Below, one piece after another: positions 35,301 to 47,400 of a stretch of DNA of 64,000 nt. The position numbers and the translations under genes were made by a program. Location of the stretch: contig QPGO01000016.1 of the NCBI GenBank assembly GCA_008632985.1, positions 1 to 64,000 of the forward strand. The letters run 5' to 3'. This DNA comes from Psammoneis japonica. Taxonomy: Eukaryota. Position 1 is the first letter of the stretch. Each line of letters starts with the position of its first letter. The notes beneath the pieces are model-generated. The model ran no database searches. It was not told the origin of the DNA and was given only the letters and a program-made list of their open reading frames with translations.

Positions 35301-37460
35301 GTTTCAACACAAGTCCAAATGACCAATGATGACTCACATCTGATGTTGAAGAAGCACGCTTGCAGCCTGCAAGAAACGGAGTCAAGAAATCTCAAACAAA
35401 AGCACCCCAGCTGCAGACAGCTCTTCTTCCTTTCCTCCTTCACCTTCTAAGACCCAGTGCTCAAAATGCGAAACTGTGAAAAAAGGCATGCTCATGAATG
35501 ACAACTTGTTGCACCTCTGCAAAGATGTCAACAAAGTCATCACAAACCTCTCAAAATGACAAAGATTGTGCATGATGGCAAAGACACTCAGCCTGTGGCA
35601 AGGGCACCACAGACTCCTCCCGCCATGGCACCCACCTGTGGATGCATCATCTGCAGATGCAGGGACAGCCAAAAACGCTCAAATTGTCAAATTGTGCAAG
35701 CACTGGATCTGGGGACATGCCATGCATTCAAAAACACACCCGGGGATTTGCAAGTGCAGCCCCACACACAGAGATTGGCGAGCACTCCTTGAGACATGAG
35801 GGAGCCTGCTGCATGATCAAGGAAGATTGCACCATCAAGCAGAAACTCCTTGATGGGTTGTCTCTGTCTTTGAGCACAGATGGCACATCATGGTGCTGGC
35901 TGCCAGCCATCTCTGCTTTGTGGCATTTGCTGACAGAGCTGAACAAGAAGTCAACACTGGTGTGTCTGAGCTCCACTCCAAACAGCGGCACATGCTTTTC
36001 CCCTGAAACAATGAAAAAACAACAAGTGGCTGCAAATGTTGGCTGCAACCACTGTGACCTCAATGTGTCCTGTGCACTGTGCACAGAGCAGGCACATGCT
36101 GTGCAAGGGCCAATGGCACAAACATGCTGGCGCGCGTCTGGCACGCACCAACACACATGCAGTGGGTGAAACAGACAATGTGTTCAGTGTGCATTTTGCA
36201 CACAGATGCAACCTCATAAGAAGAGCCATAGACTGCAAAGAGCAGATGATGTTGAAGTGTCCTGTGGACTGCCAGAAGCTGTCTCTCAGCACAACTTGCT
36301 GTGAAAAAGACATGGTCACAAATGTTTGAGTCTTTCAGTCAGAGTGCCTTTCCAGCATGAGCGCTGACCAACCTTGAGTCAAGGATGCTGCACACCTGCT
36401 GCTCCATTGCAACACAAGATTTTTCATCCCACTGTGTTGTGTGCCATCATTGTTGGCTCCATGTTTTGTGTGCATCATGCACAGCAGCTGCTGTTTTTGT
36501 TTTTGCTTCAGAGCAATCATGTGCCACCCCTCTCTTCTTTGAGACAAAACAAAGCAGCAGCCAGCAGCTGAAAATGTTGCACCACTTGTGCACATGTTTG
36601 AAACTAAGCTGCTCAAGAAACAGACCACACAAGGCTGCTGCGCCACAGGTGGAGGGTGACTTTGTTTGAAAGGCAGCACATGCAGCAATTTCGAGGAGGT
36701 TTTGTCAGAAATCACAGTTGCCAGACATGTTGTGTGTGGTGCCATGTGTGTCACATTAAAACCACAGTGCCAGGAAACAAGGCAACCTGCCACAAATTCC
36801 TTTGCAGAACATGTGTCAACAGTGCACTCTGAACCACTGTAATGTGCCCCGCTGCCAGCTTGTTTTGACCATGAGAAAGCAAAGTGCAGGTGCTCCTCAC
36901 CATGGACAAAGTGCTGCCAATCAAAACAAATGCAACACTGTGCAGCACTGTGCAGCTTTGAGACTTGATGACATTTTGTCAAGTGACATGTTGTCCACAC
37001 TTTTGTTTTGACAAAAAGCAAGCATTCTTCAAAAATGATTTTTTGTGCCATCCAAGGAACAGGGAAAGTTGCTTGGAAGGTTGGCGCAACAAGATGGCAA
37101 AAAACAAACACAGCAATGCTGTGTTTTGGTCAAAACTCAACAGCCACTTGATGTTTGTTGTTTGTCATCATCATTGCTGGAGCTTTGTCAATGGAATGCT
37201 TGGCGCTCTTTCCATGTTCAAGAGCGTCAGCCAAAAATTGGATCCACATCAAGGCCCTTGCAAAGCCAACACAGATCACTGCACCAGATTTGCTCAATTT
37301 CAAAGTCAACATCTTGATCATCAGTTTGAGTTCACATCTGCCAATTGCTTCAGACAATCGCCATGTGAGCAGGGTCTCAGGCATTTGTGCACCATGAACG
37401 TTGATGGCCCCACCTGTCTCAGAAAGGCTGTTGAAGAGCCAAGGACGGCAGGGCAAATTT
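32389..37460. mobile_element. TpA/CpG-depleted island 3; nested or rearranged decayed repeats
   Basis: About 8 TpA in about 5.07 kb; contains diverged internal inverted and direct duplications. Confidence 0.65.
33200..36990. repeat. Diverged inverted repeat (about 33200-34050 versus 36050-36850) plus direct repeat (34046-34130 versus 36897-36990)
   Basis: CACACATGGCACCACACACA and GTGCACAGGACACATTGAGG are shared in inverted orientation. ACTTGATGACATTTTGTCAAGTGA is identical in direct orientation. Confidence 0.8.
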
Positions 37461-37714
37461 TACCAAAAATGTGTGTGCCAAACTAATTCCATTTAGGCGC
37501 TAAAGATTCAATTTGATGTGGCAACCCCATGCAGGTCATTCCGACTCACTGCAGCATCTAAAACACTCCAAGACTTGCCGTGTTGTAAATTCATGCTTCT
37601 CGGATGCCCTGGCCATGACTACATCAATATAAAATGATTTGTCTACAAAATCATTCTCCACGTGACACCAAAGAGAGGATCCAGTGACGGTGCTTTCTTC
37701 CACTTGGCGGCTAC

Positions 37715-38962
37715 TCATGTCGATGTTTCTGAAATGTTCATCATTTTATGGACTTTCTTGATGAGTTCTCCGCCACCAAGCTCTGGAGTATAAGAGAAGT
37801 ACTTTTTGATTGTTTCTTTACCATGCGCCAGAATGGGCTGTTTCAGGATTGCGTCGTATTCTTCCTTGTTCGACTCAAGTTGTCGAACACGAGACAGTGC
37901 TGGCTCTGGGTTGTCTTTGTTGTAGTAGATGAACGCCTCCTTGTTGAAGACATCAAAAATCTCTTCCGTACCGTACCAAATTGGCACACATCCTGCTAGA
38001 AAAGCATTGAGAATTTTCTCCGTTATATACCCGGATTTAAGCCTGTTCTCCATGACAAGACAAAATCGGTAGCCTGCGAAACTCTCCTTGTTATTCCCCC
38101 AATTTGTATCATACACTGGACTCCCTGGCGGCGGCGCCTGCCACAGGGTTTGATTAATCATTCTGCAACAAGAACCCACACAATCCACGACAGCAATCTC
38201 TGTAGCCAGCCTCGTGAGCGCTGTCTGTCGAAAATCTACACAGTTTCCAACGGCATAAATCAAAAAACGTTCTCGCGTATTGACCGGCTTTTTGTCGGGA
38301 TCCATCAGTTTGGGCCACCATTCCGGTCCATATTCTTGTACAGTCATTTGTAGTGGCAAATAGTGAATGGTCCGATCCGTTATTGAGTCTGGGTAATACC
38401 CCAAAAAGTAAAGATTTGCACTCGATTGTCCCTGCCACAAGTGTCTTGATTCTCCGTTGCGCGATAAGACCTTGCCTGGAAAGGTTGGAACCCATGCAAA
38501 AAACTCCTGCTGGTCTTTCCAAACGCCCTCACAAGCCGGATCGTGTCGTTCGCTCGCAATCAAGACATCGTTCGGTGACGCTGTTGTAATGTTTGGAGGA
38601 CCCGTCTCTTTTGATAAGGCAACATATGTGTGGTTGGGAAACAGGATTCGCGTCGTGTTTATCTGACTTTCCCATACCCAGCCGCAGAGATACAGTCTCG
38701 GAGCAAATACCGGCTTTTCTTCTGGGGTTGTTGTTGATACGTTCGATTCTTGATTTTCTTGAGGATTGCTTGCGTTTACGAGTCCGCTCGCTGCATCATG
38801 TTGATGTACCGGTAGCGTCCTCTTGGTCGTGGTGTTTATAATTTCCTCCACCAGAGGAGTAGGCAAAACGCTTTCTTTGCTGCTTGCGAGCCATAGGATC
38901 ATCAACACCAAGTGCAAGCTTAGTACCGCAAACAAAACGATTCCAATCCATTTGCGAAACAT
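37715..38962 (-). CDS. Alpha-1,3/4-fucosyltransferase (GT10)
   Basis: GT10 motif YRFCLVMENRLKSGYITEKILNAFLAGCVPIWYG; N-terminal TM anchor. Confidence 0.92.
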   Translation of the reverse strand: MFRKWIGIVLFAVLSLHLVLMILWLASSKESVLPTPLVEEIINTTTKRTLPVHQHDAASGLVNASNPQENQESNVSTTTPEEKPVFAPRLYLCGWVWESQINTTRILFPNHTYVALSKETGPPNITTASPNDVLIASERHDPACEGVWKDQQEFFAWVPTFPGKVLSRNGESRHLWQGQSSANLYFLGYYPDSITDRTIHYLPLQMTVQEYGPEWWPKLMDPDKKPVNTRERFLIYAVGNCVDFRQTALTRLATEIAVVDCVGSCCRMINQTLWQAPPPGSPVYDTNWGNNKESFAGYRFCLVMENRLKSGYITEKILNAFLAGCVPIWYGTEEIFDVFNKEAFIYYNKDNPEPALSRVRQLESNKEEYDAILKQPILAHGKETIKKYFSYTPELGGGELIKKVHKMMNISETST

Positions 38963-39164
38963 TCTATCTCTGACAGCGATGTTTACCAAGTCTTTTCAAT
39001 AGAGTTCAGAGTCATACTGTAGTAGCAGCATGCAGGATCATGGATCATGCGCCATGCCCAATACCGGTACGGACCGCGCTGCAGTCGGCATAGTCGGCGG
39101 AATTCATTACCGCGCGTTTCTGATGCGCATTGTTTATGCCGAGTAGGCGGCTCATCCACGACTC

Positions 39165-39288
39165 AAAGTACGCAAAATGGTAAAGAAAGTACGCAAAATG
39201 GTAAGAAAGTACACAAAATGGTAAGAAAGTACACAGAATGGTAAGAAAGTACACAGAATGGTAAGAAAGTACACAGAATGGTAAGAAA
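39165..39288. repeat. 20-bp minisatellite AAAGTACRCARAATGGTAAG x6
   Basis: Head-to-tail copies with no spacers, in the divergent intergenic region between GT10 and the sulfotransferase. Confidence 0.95.
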
Positions 39289-39402
39289 TTATGCACGCGA
39301 GCGCATTTCCAACCGCGGAGACAGACGGAGTTGGAGTCTCGATGATGCCGGTATGAAAGAACCTCCAGCAAGAGCTATTGATCTTAGCTGATACACAACT
39401 CA

Positions 39403-40725
39403 ATGTCTCAATTCGATTTTGCTGCCACTGAGGATGTCCAGGCTCGACCTGGTATTTCGCAGTTGCTTACAAGGGCTGCAATCATTTTTGTTTTCGCAAT
39501 CGTCACGTGCTCCTCAGTGTTGCCCGTGTTTTGGATTGCGCAACTCGTCTACAATCGACCGCCTATTGTTGTTCATACTAGTCATGTATGGCGTTATCTG
39601 AAACTTACGTGGACTGAGAGTCCTCCGCTACCGGGATTATCATGGTCGGGACGAGTCTACATCTCCATAAAGGTGCTTCTTCATTGGATTTTGTCACCGT
39701 GGCTCGGATTGGCGTGGCTCTTGGACGAGGTGCTGTATGATAAGTCACTGGAAAATCAACAAGTCAAGGCTCCTATTTTTGTTGTGAGTGCCGGAAGAAG
39801 CGGTAGCACACAAATTACCCGCTATATCGAAGCCGATCCAGCCATTTGCGCACCCTCGGCGGTACAATGCATGTTTCCGTACCTTTGGTTGTGGCGACTC
39901 GTGCACGCCACGCTGGGGATGTACATGACTCCAGAACGTGTCACTGAGAGACTCAAATCAATATTTCCCGACGAAAGCTTGGAACGGCATCCAGAATTCA
40001 ATCCGTTCAAGGCAGATACTTTTGATCCGGCCTTTTTGCAGTTTCATTTGATTCCTCTATCATGTCATCTTGGACCAAGCGCGTTCCTGCAAGAGTTCAA
40101 CTTTGCAACGTATTCTCCTCAAAATCGACTATTATGGCACAATGATTTTGTGGCGTTTGTCGATCGCTTGGGAAGAAAGGCGCTCTTGTGCAATGAGAAC
40201 AAGGACCAGGCTAGGCTCTACATCAAGGGACACTTTTTGTCTGGAGCACCGGCCTTGGCAAACTACTATTCGGATGCAACCTTTCTCACAGTTACAAGAG
40301 AACCGCTTTCGAGAATTCAGAGTGGAATCAACTTTATGCGAGTACAACCCTTGGATCCGGCACTAGGAGCACTCCCGTGGTCATGGCTGGCTCGTGGCAT
40401 TACAGAAATGGAGATTGACTACTGCCGTGTGGAGATGGAGTTCTTTGGCGACACGCAAAATAGCAAGAGGCTTGCAGTGCGCTTTGTGGATCTAGTGGTC
40501 AACCCTAAGCACGTTTTACAAAGGGTTTACAAGGATCTGCTTCGGATAGAGAGACTTCCGGAACAAGTGGTCAAGCTCTTGTCTGAAGATTCGTCTGCCA
40601 ACATGCTAAAAAGGGGCAGATACAAAGTGGATAGGTCTTTGGAAGAGCTCGGCATTGACACTGACAAACTCCGAGAACAGCTTGCTGAGTATATTGCTTG
40701 GTGCAAGGGTGAAACGATTCGATAA
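39403..40725 (+). CDS. Membrane-anchored sulfotransferase (Sulfotransfer_3 type)
   Basis: 5'-PSB PIFVVSAGRSGST, 3'-PB TVTREPLSRIQS, KGHF motif; N-terminal TM. Confidence 0.88.
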   Translation: MSQFDFAATEDVQARPGISQLLTRAAIIFVFAIVTCSSVLPVFWIAQLVYNRPPIVVHTSHVWRYLKLTWTESPPLPGLSWSGRVYISIKVLLHWILSPWLGLAWLLDEVLYDKSLENQQVKAPIFVVSAGRSGSTQITRYIEADPAICAPSAVQCMFPYLWLWRLVHATLGMYMTPERVTERLKSIFPDESLERHPEFNPFKADTFDPAFLQFHLIPLSCHLGPSAFLQEFNFATYSPQNRLLWHNDFVAFVDRLGRKALLCNENKDQARLYIKGHFLSGAPALANYYSDATFLTVTREPLSRIQSGINFMRVQPLDPALGALPWSWLARGITEMEIDYCRVEMEFFGDTQNSKRLAVRFVDLVVNPKHVLQRVYKDLLRIERLPEQVVKLLSEDSSANMLKRGRYKVDRSLEELGIDTDKLREQLAEYIAWCKGETIR

Positions 40726-41099
40726 TGGATTGACAAAGCGGAGGATTGTTTTTGCTGGGATGACAGTGTTTGTTCTTATGATCGAGCAAGTTCAAGAAAC
40801 CTATTCTGCGACGAGACTGCTGCTGGGAACGAACTATACCTCCACCGCTGGCATTCTTGACTACCACATAGCCATGTGAGTCCATACAGGCTGAAATCTT
40901 AGAATTGTGATCTTGGACTTTCGCGATTGTACGAGTGATAGAGAACGGGGGGTACTCGTACCGAGCTTTGGAGAGCGGTCTACACAGTATTCTCTCTAAG
41001 AGCGGTTGGTCCAGATTCTAGTCTTGGAGAGTCGGGGTCTAGAGAATGGATCGCCGTCAATGGCGCCTTGTCTTTTTATAGGTTCACCTGCGAGCCATA

Positions 41100-42386
41100 T
41101 GTTCAATCATCCGTCTCGAATCCAGCCACTCTTCATTGCAGAAGCAAGCCAACAACTCTAGGACTGAAGAAGCGCACTATACAGCTGCAAAATGGACTTC
41201 AAACAATGCGCTCTTATCAATTCTCGGTGAGTTCCAATCAAATCGGCATCTTGACAATAGCTGCGACAAAGTATGACATCTTAAGCGACCCGCTGTTCCT
41301 TAACGTTGAAGATTGTTCGTCCTACACGTTGCGTGTAAGTGAGGGGAGACGGGAAGCAACATATCGTCCAGTTCTTAAACTGTAAGACATTCGACAGCAA
41401 GAGGCATTTTGAGTACGAATTAATGTCAACATGCATGCGGTTTGCATAAGAACGAGGGATCCCCATGGAACGCTCAGAGCACACGGATCCATGAATAAGT
41501 CATGGATGGAGATTTTCGTTTGGACGAGAGGGGCCGGCAGCAATAATAATGGATTCTCACGTGTGCGTCCGTGAAGCATTCGGGGCCCTACTTGCGGAAT
41601 GATCCCGTAGGAGGACGATGTGGATTGTCAATTTAGACGATACGCTTGATTTGATGCGTGCTGCAAGAATTCAAGAGGGACGGATACGTTTGGTATAGCG
41701 TGGCACAATTATGCTCGGGGCTGTGTTGTAAGGCACATTTTGCAGGAAGAGAACCTGAAAGAACAAGAATACTGTCTGGAAGCACTTCTATGTTATGTTG
41801 GATTTACAGGGAAAACTACTGACGGCGGAACTGTTTTTTTTGTCCGCGACCATGATTACAAAATGTACATGATGGAGTTAGGATTGGTCGTAACAGACAT
41901 GGAACGATTATGCGTTCGGGTCAACACACCAAGGACTACTCTACTTGGCAAAGGTAGAGGCCGAAGCTTGAAAAGATTTACCAGGCTGCTTGGACGCGTT
42001 TCGGATAGTCTAACGGCGCCTCTGTTGTCACGAGAAAACCTTTCTTGAGTGCCAACCGTCTTAACTTCGAGGCGGGTGAAGCTAGAGGCATTTTTGCGGA
42101 GGGTGCCGAAATGACGAGACAATCGCGTTTCGAAAGTGGACGATTTCACGAATGGGCACGCCGCTTGGCATTCAGAAGCCAGGTCTGCGCAACTCTGTTT
42201 CTGAGTTCCTCCAAACAGAAAAGTACTGTGGAACTATCTTGTGCAACGCCTTTTGTCTGCCAGTTTGGACGACCGCCTTTTCTGGGGTGAGGACCGAGTG
42301 GCCTACCATGCCGCAGCCATCATGCGGGCATTCACGCACACGGATGCGGAGTCCGCGTACCGCCACTGCGGCTACCAAGTCTAGCT
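41100..42386 (+). mobile_element. Decayed Tc1/IS630-like (DDE_3) transposase remnant
   Basis: C-terminal LWNYLVQRL and AFTHTDAESAYRHCGY motifs; many stops and frameshifts; TpA and CpG not visibly depleted. Confidence 0.5.
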
Positions 42387-42623
42387 AGATTGTAACAGGT
42401 AGAACTTGTATGCTGTAGATTTGGATTGTCGTGTTGTAGTGTGGTGTAGAATAGCGCAGTGTAGAATAGAGCGCATTGTTTGTCAGTACTGGGCCAACTC
42501 GTACGCTTCTACTGAAGAAATGAATGGTACGAACATACCAGAGGGCTACACAAATCGAATTGCCAATGTGCCTCGCGAGACAAATCCTACTTGTGATAGC
42601 GCAATGTAGTGCATTGTATCGCA

Positions 42624-42790
42624 CTACTCTACTCTAGAGCTAGAGAGTTGCTCTACTCTAGACTCTAGTAGCTAGTAGATACTGCTACTTAGTGGTGCTC
42701 TACTCTAGTCTCTACTAGCTAGTAGTAGCTGACAGCTAGTAGCTACTATACCACCAGCAGTGGTGGTCTGAATAGAAGCTAGAGCAACGG
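42624..42790. repeat. CTA/TAG-rich low-complexity tract
   Basis: CTACTCTACTCTAGAGCTAGAG...TAGCTAGTAG. Confidence 0.8.
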
Positions 42791-43005
42791 CGATTGCCAA
42801 ACAATGATTTTACAATGCAAGTGTTGGACTATTGTTGGCCACCACTAAAAAAGAAATGCAGCTTGGTTGAATGAGATAAGCTGACATACTCGACTCGAAA
42901 CGCCGAAGTAGAAGAATTCAATGAAGTACGCACTTGTGCAACAGTGCCACCATACACAGAGCACTCACAAGTGGGGATGGTAATGAGCCGTACCGGTGAG
43001 ATTAA

Positions 43006-44015
43006 CTATTTGGGCGAGTCTGACCGAGTGGACACAATGCTGCCGAATCTGCAGACATCCAAGGGGGTCGAAGTAACCAAAGCTCCATCTTGGGGAGTGA
43101 CATGCCCAACCATTGTTTGGTTTGCAGAGACACAAGGCACCTCGGCATTGGTCTGTTGGGATGATGGAGCAGGAGCAGAAGCTGATTGAGCAGGCAAAGA
43201 AGCTGGAGTTGGAGGAGGACCATTTGCATGCTCTAATGCCTGCTGCGGCTTTTCCCATGTCACATTACCGGTTGTAGAATTGTGATAGAAGGGCTTGCCA
43301 CTGGCTGCATCAGTGCATTCCGTCCAGCCTTGGGGAAGCTGTTCTGGCAAGGTAGGCGGCAACGGCGGCTGCGGCACAGGACGGTGTGCTTGTGGTGGCA
43401 AAGGTGGCACAGGAGCTGGTCGAGGCACTTGCGGTGGAGGAGTTGTGGTTGGAACTGGACTGGGATTGGTCCAACTACTTTTCCCGGTGGCATCATTGTA
43501 GTAATACGACTTGCCACTTTCGCGATCATAACATTGCTTCCAATCTTGGGCAGCGTCACATGAGGCACCGGAGGCGGAGGCTGGACAACACGTTGCGGCT
43601 TTTCCCAGCTTGCTACTCCCGTAACGGTGCTGACATAGAATATCCTGTTACTGGCGGTGTCATAGTGCTCACTCCAGCCTTGAGGGGGGGGTTGTTGGAA
43701 TGGAGGTAGAGGCGCAGTCGGAGGCATAGTCGGAGGCACAGTCGGAGGCATAGCCGGAGGCGGGGGCTGCACCAGCAGAGGCTTGTCCCACCTTGCTTCC
43801 CCAGTTGCGTTGTTGCAATAATGCGGTTTTATGGTTATCGTATGGACTCTCGAGCCCCGGGGAAGCTCGTCTGGCGACGGAGGTGGTGGCGGCAAACCGA
43901 CACCAGTGGCAGAGATTGAGCTGCGTGCGTTTTTACAGAATCCCAAAAGCCAGCGATGTTGCTGTAACCACTGCCCAGTGTTTGCTGTCAAATGATCACA
44001 CAGCAAGGCAACCAA
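43006..44015 (-). pseudogene. Proline-rich protein with three WW domains; frameshifted and probably degenerate
   Basis: GWSEHYD..FYVS..TG..SWEKP, GWTECTD..FYHN..TG..TWEKP and PHYCNN.TG..RWDKP; frameshift near 43435. Confidence 0.7.
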
Positions 44016-44455
44016 CGGGAGTTAGAACAACAGCAGTGCTTGTGGCACACCGGATACAACACTCAAAATGAGAAGAGACGAGACGAGACGAGACAACACC
44101 AACTTACCATGCCTTCCATCACACTGCCATGAGAGTCAATGGAGATACCCCGGCCACGGCCTTGATTGTGTTGAGACGTGAGAGCACCCATACGAATATT
44201 CTTGCTAGCGCGTTTCGATTCTGCAGCTTCTTGTTTCAGCCGTGCTCTGTTCTCCACTGCATCCTCCTGCCGCGAGAACTGATAAGTCTGAATCTGTCGG
44301 GGCGGGTTAGTATGGGTCCATGGGTCCTACCTGAAGAACATGCCATACTTCGACTCTTTCGAGATAAATCTTTCATGATGGCTAAGAACGCGCTATCGCG
44401 TGAAGCTACTACGCAACCGTAGTCAAAGTAAACACCTGGCATCATTTGTCGCTTC

Positions 44456-47400
44456 TCACGTGTCACTGCATTCAAATGCTGCAGGACTTATCTCTGCTTT
44501 CCCACCGACAAAAGAAGTTAGCTCATCCTCGTCAATGTATTTCAACAAATCCGCTGTACTGTTCAAAATAATAATTTTTGCACGGGTGTTCGGATCAGGA
44601 ACATAGGCGCGTAAACCCAAGCTTCCGCCTAAACTCATTCCCAGATATCCCGACCCACCCTTCCCAGGGACCACAAGGACCTTTGAAAGTCGTTCTGGAT
44701 AATGGCGTGACAGCAATTGATTCAATTTGTTGATTAAGGCTGGATTCGTGTGTATGTAGTATTCTTCTTCTGGATCAATCCGTGGGTTGTTACCGATTGC
44801 GAAAGGGTTCCAGCTGCTACCCTCGTCGGTATCCGCATTTTCTTCCTCCTCTGACTGCTTCTTTTTCACCTTCTTGTTTTTCACAGTATGAAATGGTCTT
44901 CCCATCAAAAGAGCGACAGTACACTGAGTATTTGGTTCGTCCTTTGACAAGCTTCGGAGACAAGTTTCCAGCCGATGCACCACAGCTGCAATCACTGCAT
45001 CTACGTCTTTTCGCCATGGACCCAAACACATGTTTTGAAAATAGAAGACAGGAAACCCCCTTCTATCACGTCCCTGCTGAAAGAACTGTCCTGCCTGCAA
45101 TTCAATTCTGCAGGCGCGGGTATCGATTGGAAATGTCACACCCCTTTATGGCGAATAATCAAGAGGGGAGAAAGTTAGGCGAATAGTGTATGAAAACGAG
45201 CAACAAGTATAGAATTGAGATGAAGAGTGACTCTGACACAGCCAAGGGTGATTTCCACAATGTAGAGCGACATGTCGCTGACTAGACTTCGGAGGCAAAA
45301 AATTGTCCACAAAAATATCTTCATCGTCACAACAACGCAAAAACCGCATTAAGCACCTGCAAATCTTGAACTCACCTCCATGCTGCACTTTCGACAACGC
45401 GAACAGCAGCTGTTTTGAGGTCACCGTCAGTCGCTATCAAGTACCGCTGTAAATCAAAGGCCGTGACTCTACGAAGAACAGCCAAGTTTACTACATCTTC
45501 CTTTCTTATGGAAGCTGGAAGCTTGGCTGTTGTACCGAATGACATAATTTCTTCGGTAGCAACTTTCGCCTCTATTGGCGACAAGCTCTCCCTCCGAACT
45601 GGGACGGTGACTCCATACAATATTTCCCAGAGAGCTTGTACTCCGATCGGTATGGCTTTCCGATTTTTGACACGTCAACTCTTGCTGGGAGGACAAGATC
45701 ACGTTCATCAATATATGACTGTCTCTTCTCTTTGGGTTCTCCAGAACGAGACCTGAAACTTGTCCGGAAGGAAACCCATTGACTCCACATGCTAGCGCGA
45801 CTGCTAGGTGGCGAAGAAGCTCGAGGAGTCATCATCGCCGCTGTAGCGGAATCAAAGCTATCAAACAATGCTTCGTTGTCTTCGTCGTCACTCATTGAAC
45901 TGTAAGACACTGGCAGTGCAACTTTCGAGGGATTTATATGAACCAAACGGACGGTGGCCATAACCCGTTCTGGTAACTCTTCCTTGGCCAGACCTTCAAT
46001 CACAAAGGAAAAATCAACAACGGAGGCGGGAAGTGCTCCGTCTTCTAATCTTTGGTATAATACTCGAGCTGCCATGTTGCTCATCTCTTCTCCATCTACA
46101 TGGGACGTCACTGCAACATAATTTCGCGGCATGGAATTTATTCTCTGCAGCGCACCGCCAAAGTGTGTTGTTGTCGTGTAGTTGCTCATGGTCATACCTG
46201 GGAAAGGAGTCCGCACATTTGCACCTCCGCTTTCCCGTGGAATCTCGGCTTCTCCCCGTCGCGTCCAGCTCAGAAGAGCTGAAAACGTCTTTAAAGCAGC
46301 CCATGCCAAAGGCGACAAGCCAGATCCTGGTCCCAATTGCATGAATACCTCCATCTTTCGATCCCTCGCCTTTTTTGAGCCTTTTACATACCGTTCAAGC
46401 TAAAGCGGTGCGTAGTACGAGATTCGTGAGAATTAAGCTGGAGAGAGGAAAGCAGTAAACAAAAGAGAAGAGCGACACTTACAGCAACGTCAAAAGCTTT
46501 GTCGACTCCCTTTGGTAACGACCGACAAAAGAGCAAAATTATTGCAATCCTCGGTCCCTCGGGGAAGAAGCCACTGACAAAGAATTCAACATCAGGGTTG
46601 GATTCGATAATGCGGCGAAGACTAGGAAGTGCTCTGACCGGATCCTTATCATGTAGCAACGGGTGATCAACTCCTTTTGGAGGAAGTTGAAAACAATGGC
46701 ATCCAACCAACGAGTATGCTTGGAACGGACTCGGACTGGAAGAACCCTTTTTCGTCAAATGCTGCGCGGTGTGAACATCACAACGAACGTCTCTGGACAC
46801 GGTTCCTTCGTAATACTCATTTGTATGTTTCGCATCATGCGCACTGTTATTCCCATCGTCATCAAATGCTAAACGGCGTTGCAAATAATCGCTTCCTTGT
46901 GGCAATTCCGTACCCAACACCCACCCCTGGTTTACAACCTTCATGGCACGGACAAATGACGTTACCAAGATTGAAGCCCTCGCAACACGCTTCCGCCACG
47001 TCAAAAGCTGCTCCATTCGCGAAGGTTTTGATTCACAATTTGGCAAGGCCGTGCTCGGTAGCTCAGACACGAAAAGACGAAAGAAATCAACGGGACCAAG
47101 CATGAGACGTTTGCCTTCGTAGAGAGGCGTCAAAGCAGACGGCTCTGTCTCTTCTGCGTCATCACGCCATAGATAGACTTGCGTGTAGTATTCTTGTTGT
47201 TTTTCCAGAGCTTCTCTGACGGACGGAATACCCGAAAAGCATCTCATGGCATCATCCCAGGCGACGCCCGAAACACCGCGTTGAAGAATCTCTGGAGCTT
47301 CTTCATCCTTCTTCTCGCCCTCTTCCGGTGGCGGCGAAGTCTGAGTGTCGTGCAAAACAAACTCTTTACCTTCTGTTGCAATGCTACCGGAATTGACCAA

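Noticed and set aside
32389..37460. Classical fungal RIP, or CpG decay alone, as the explanation
   Set aside because: RIP raises TpA and AT content, and CpG decay does not remove TpA. Here TpA is the most depleted dinucleotide.
39165..39288. CRISPR-like array
   Set aside because: Head-to-tail repeats with no unique spacers, no cas genes, eukaryotic context.
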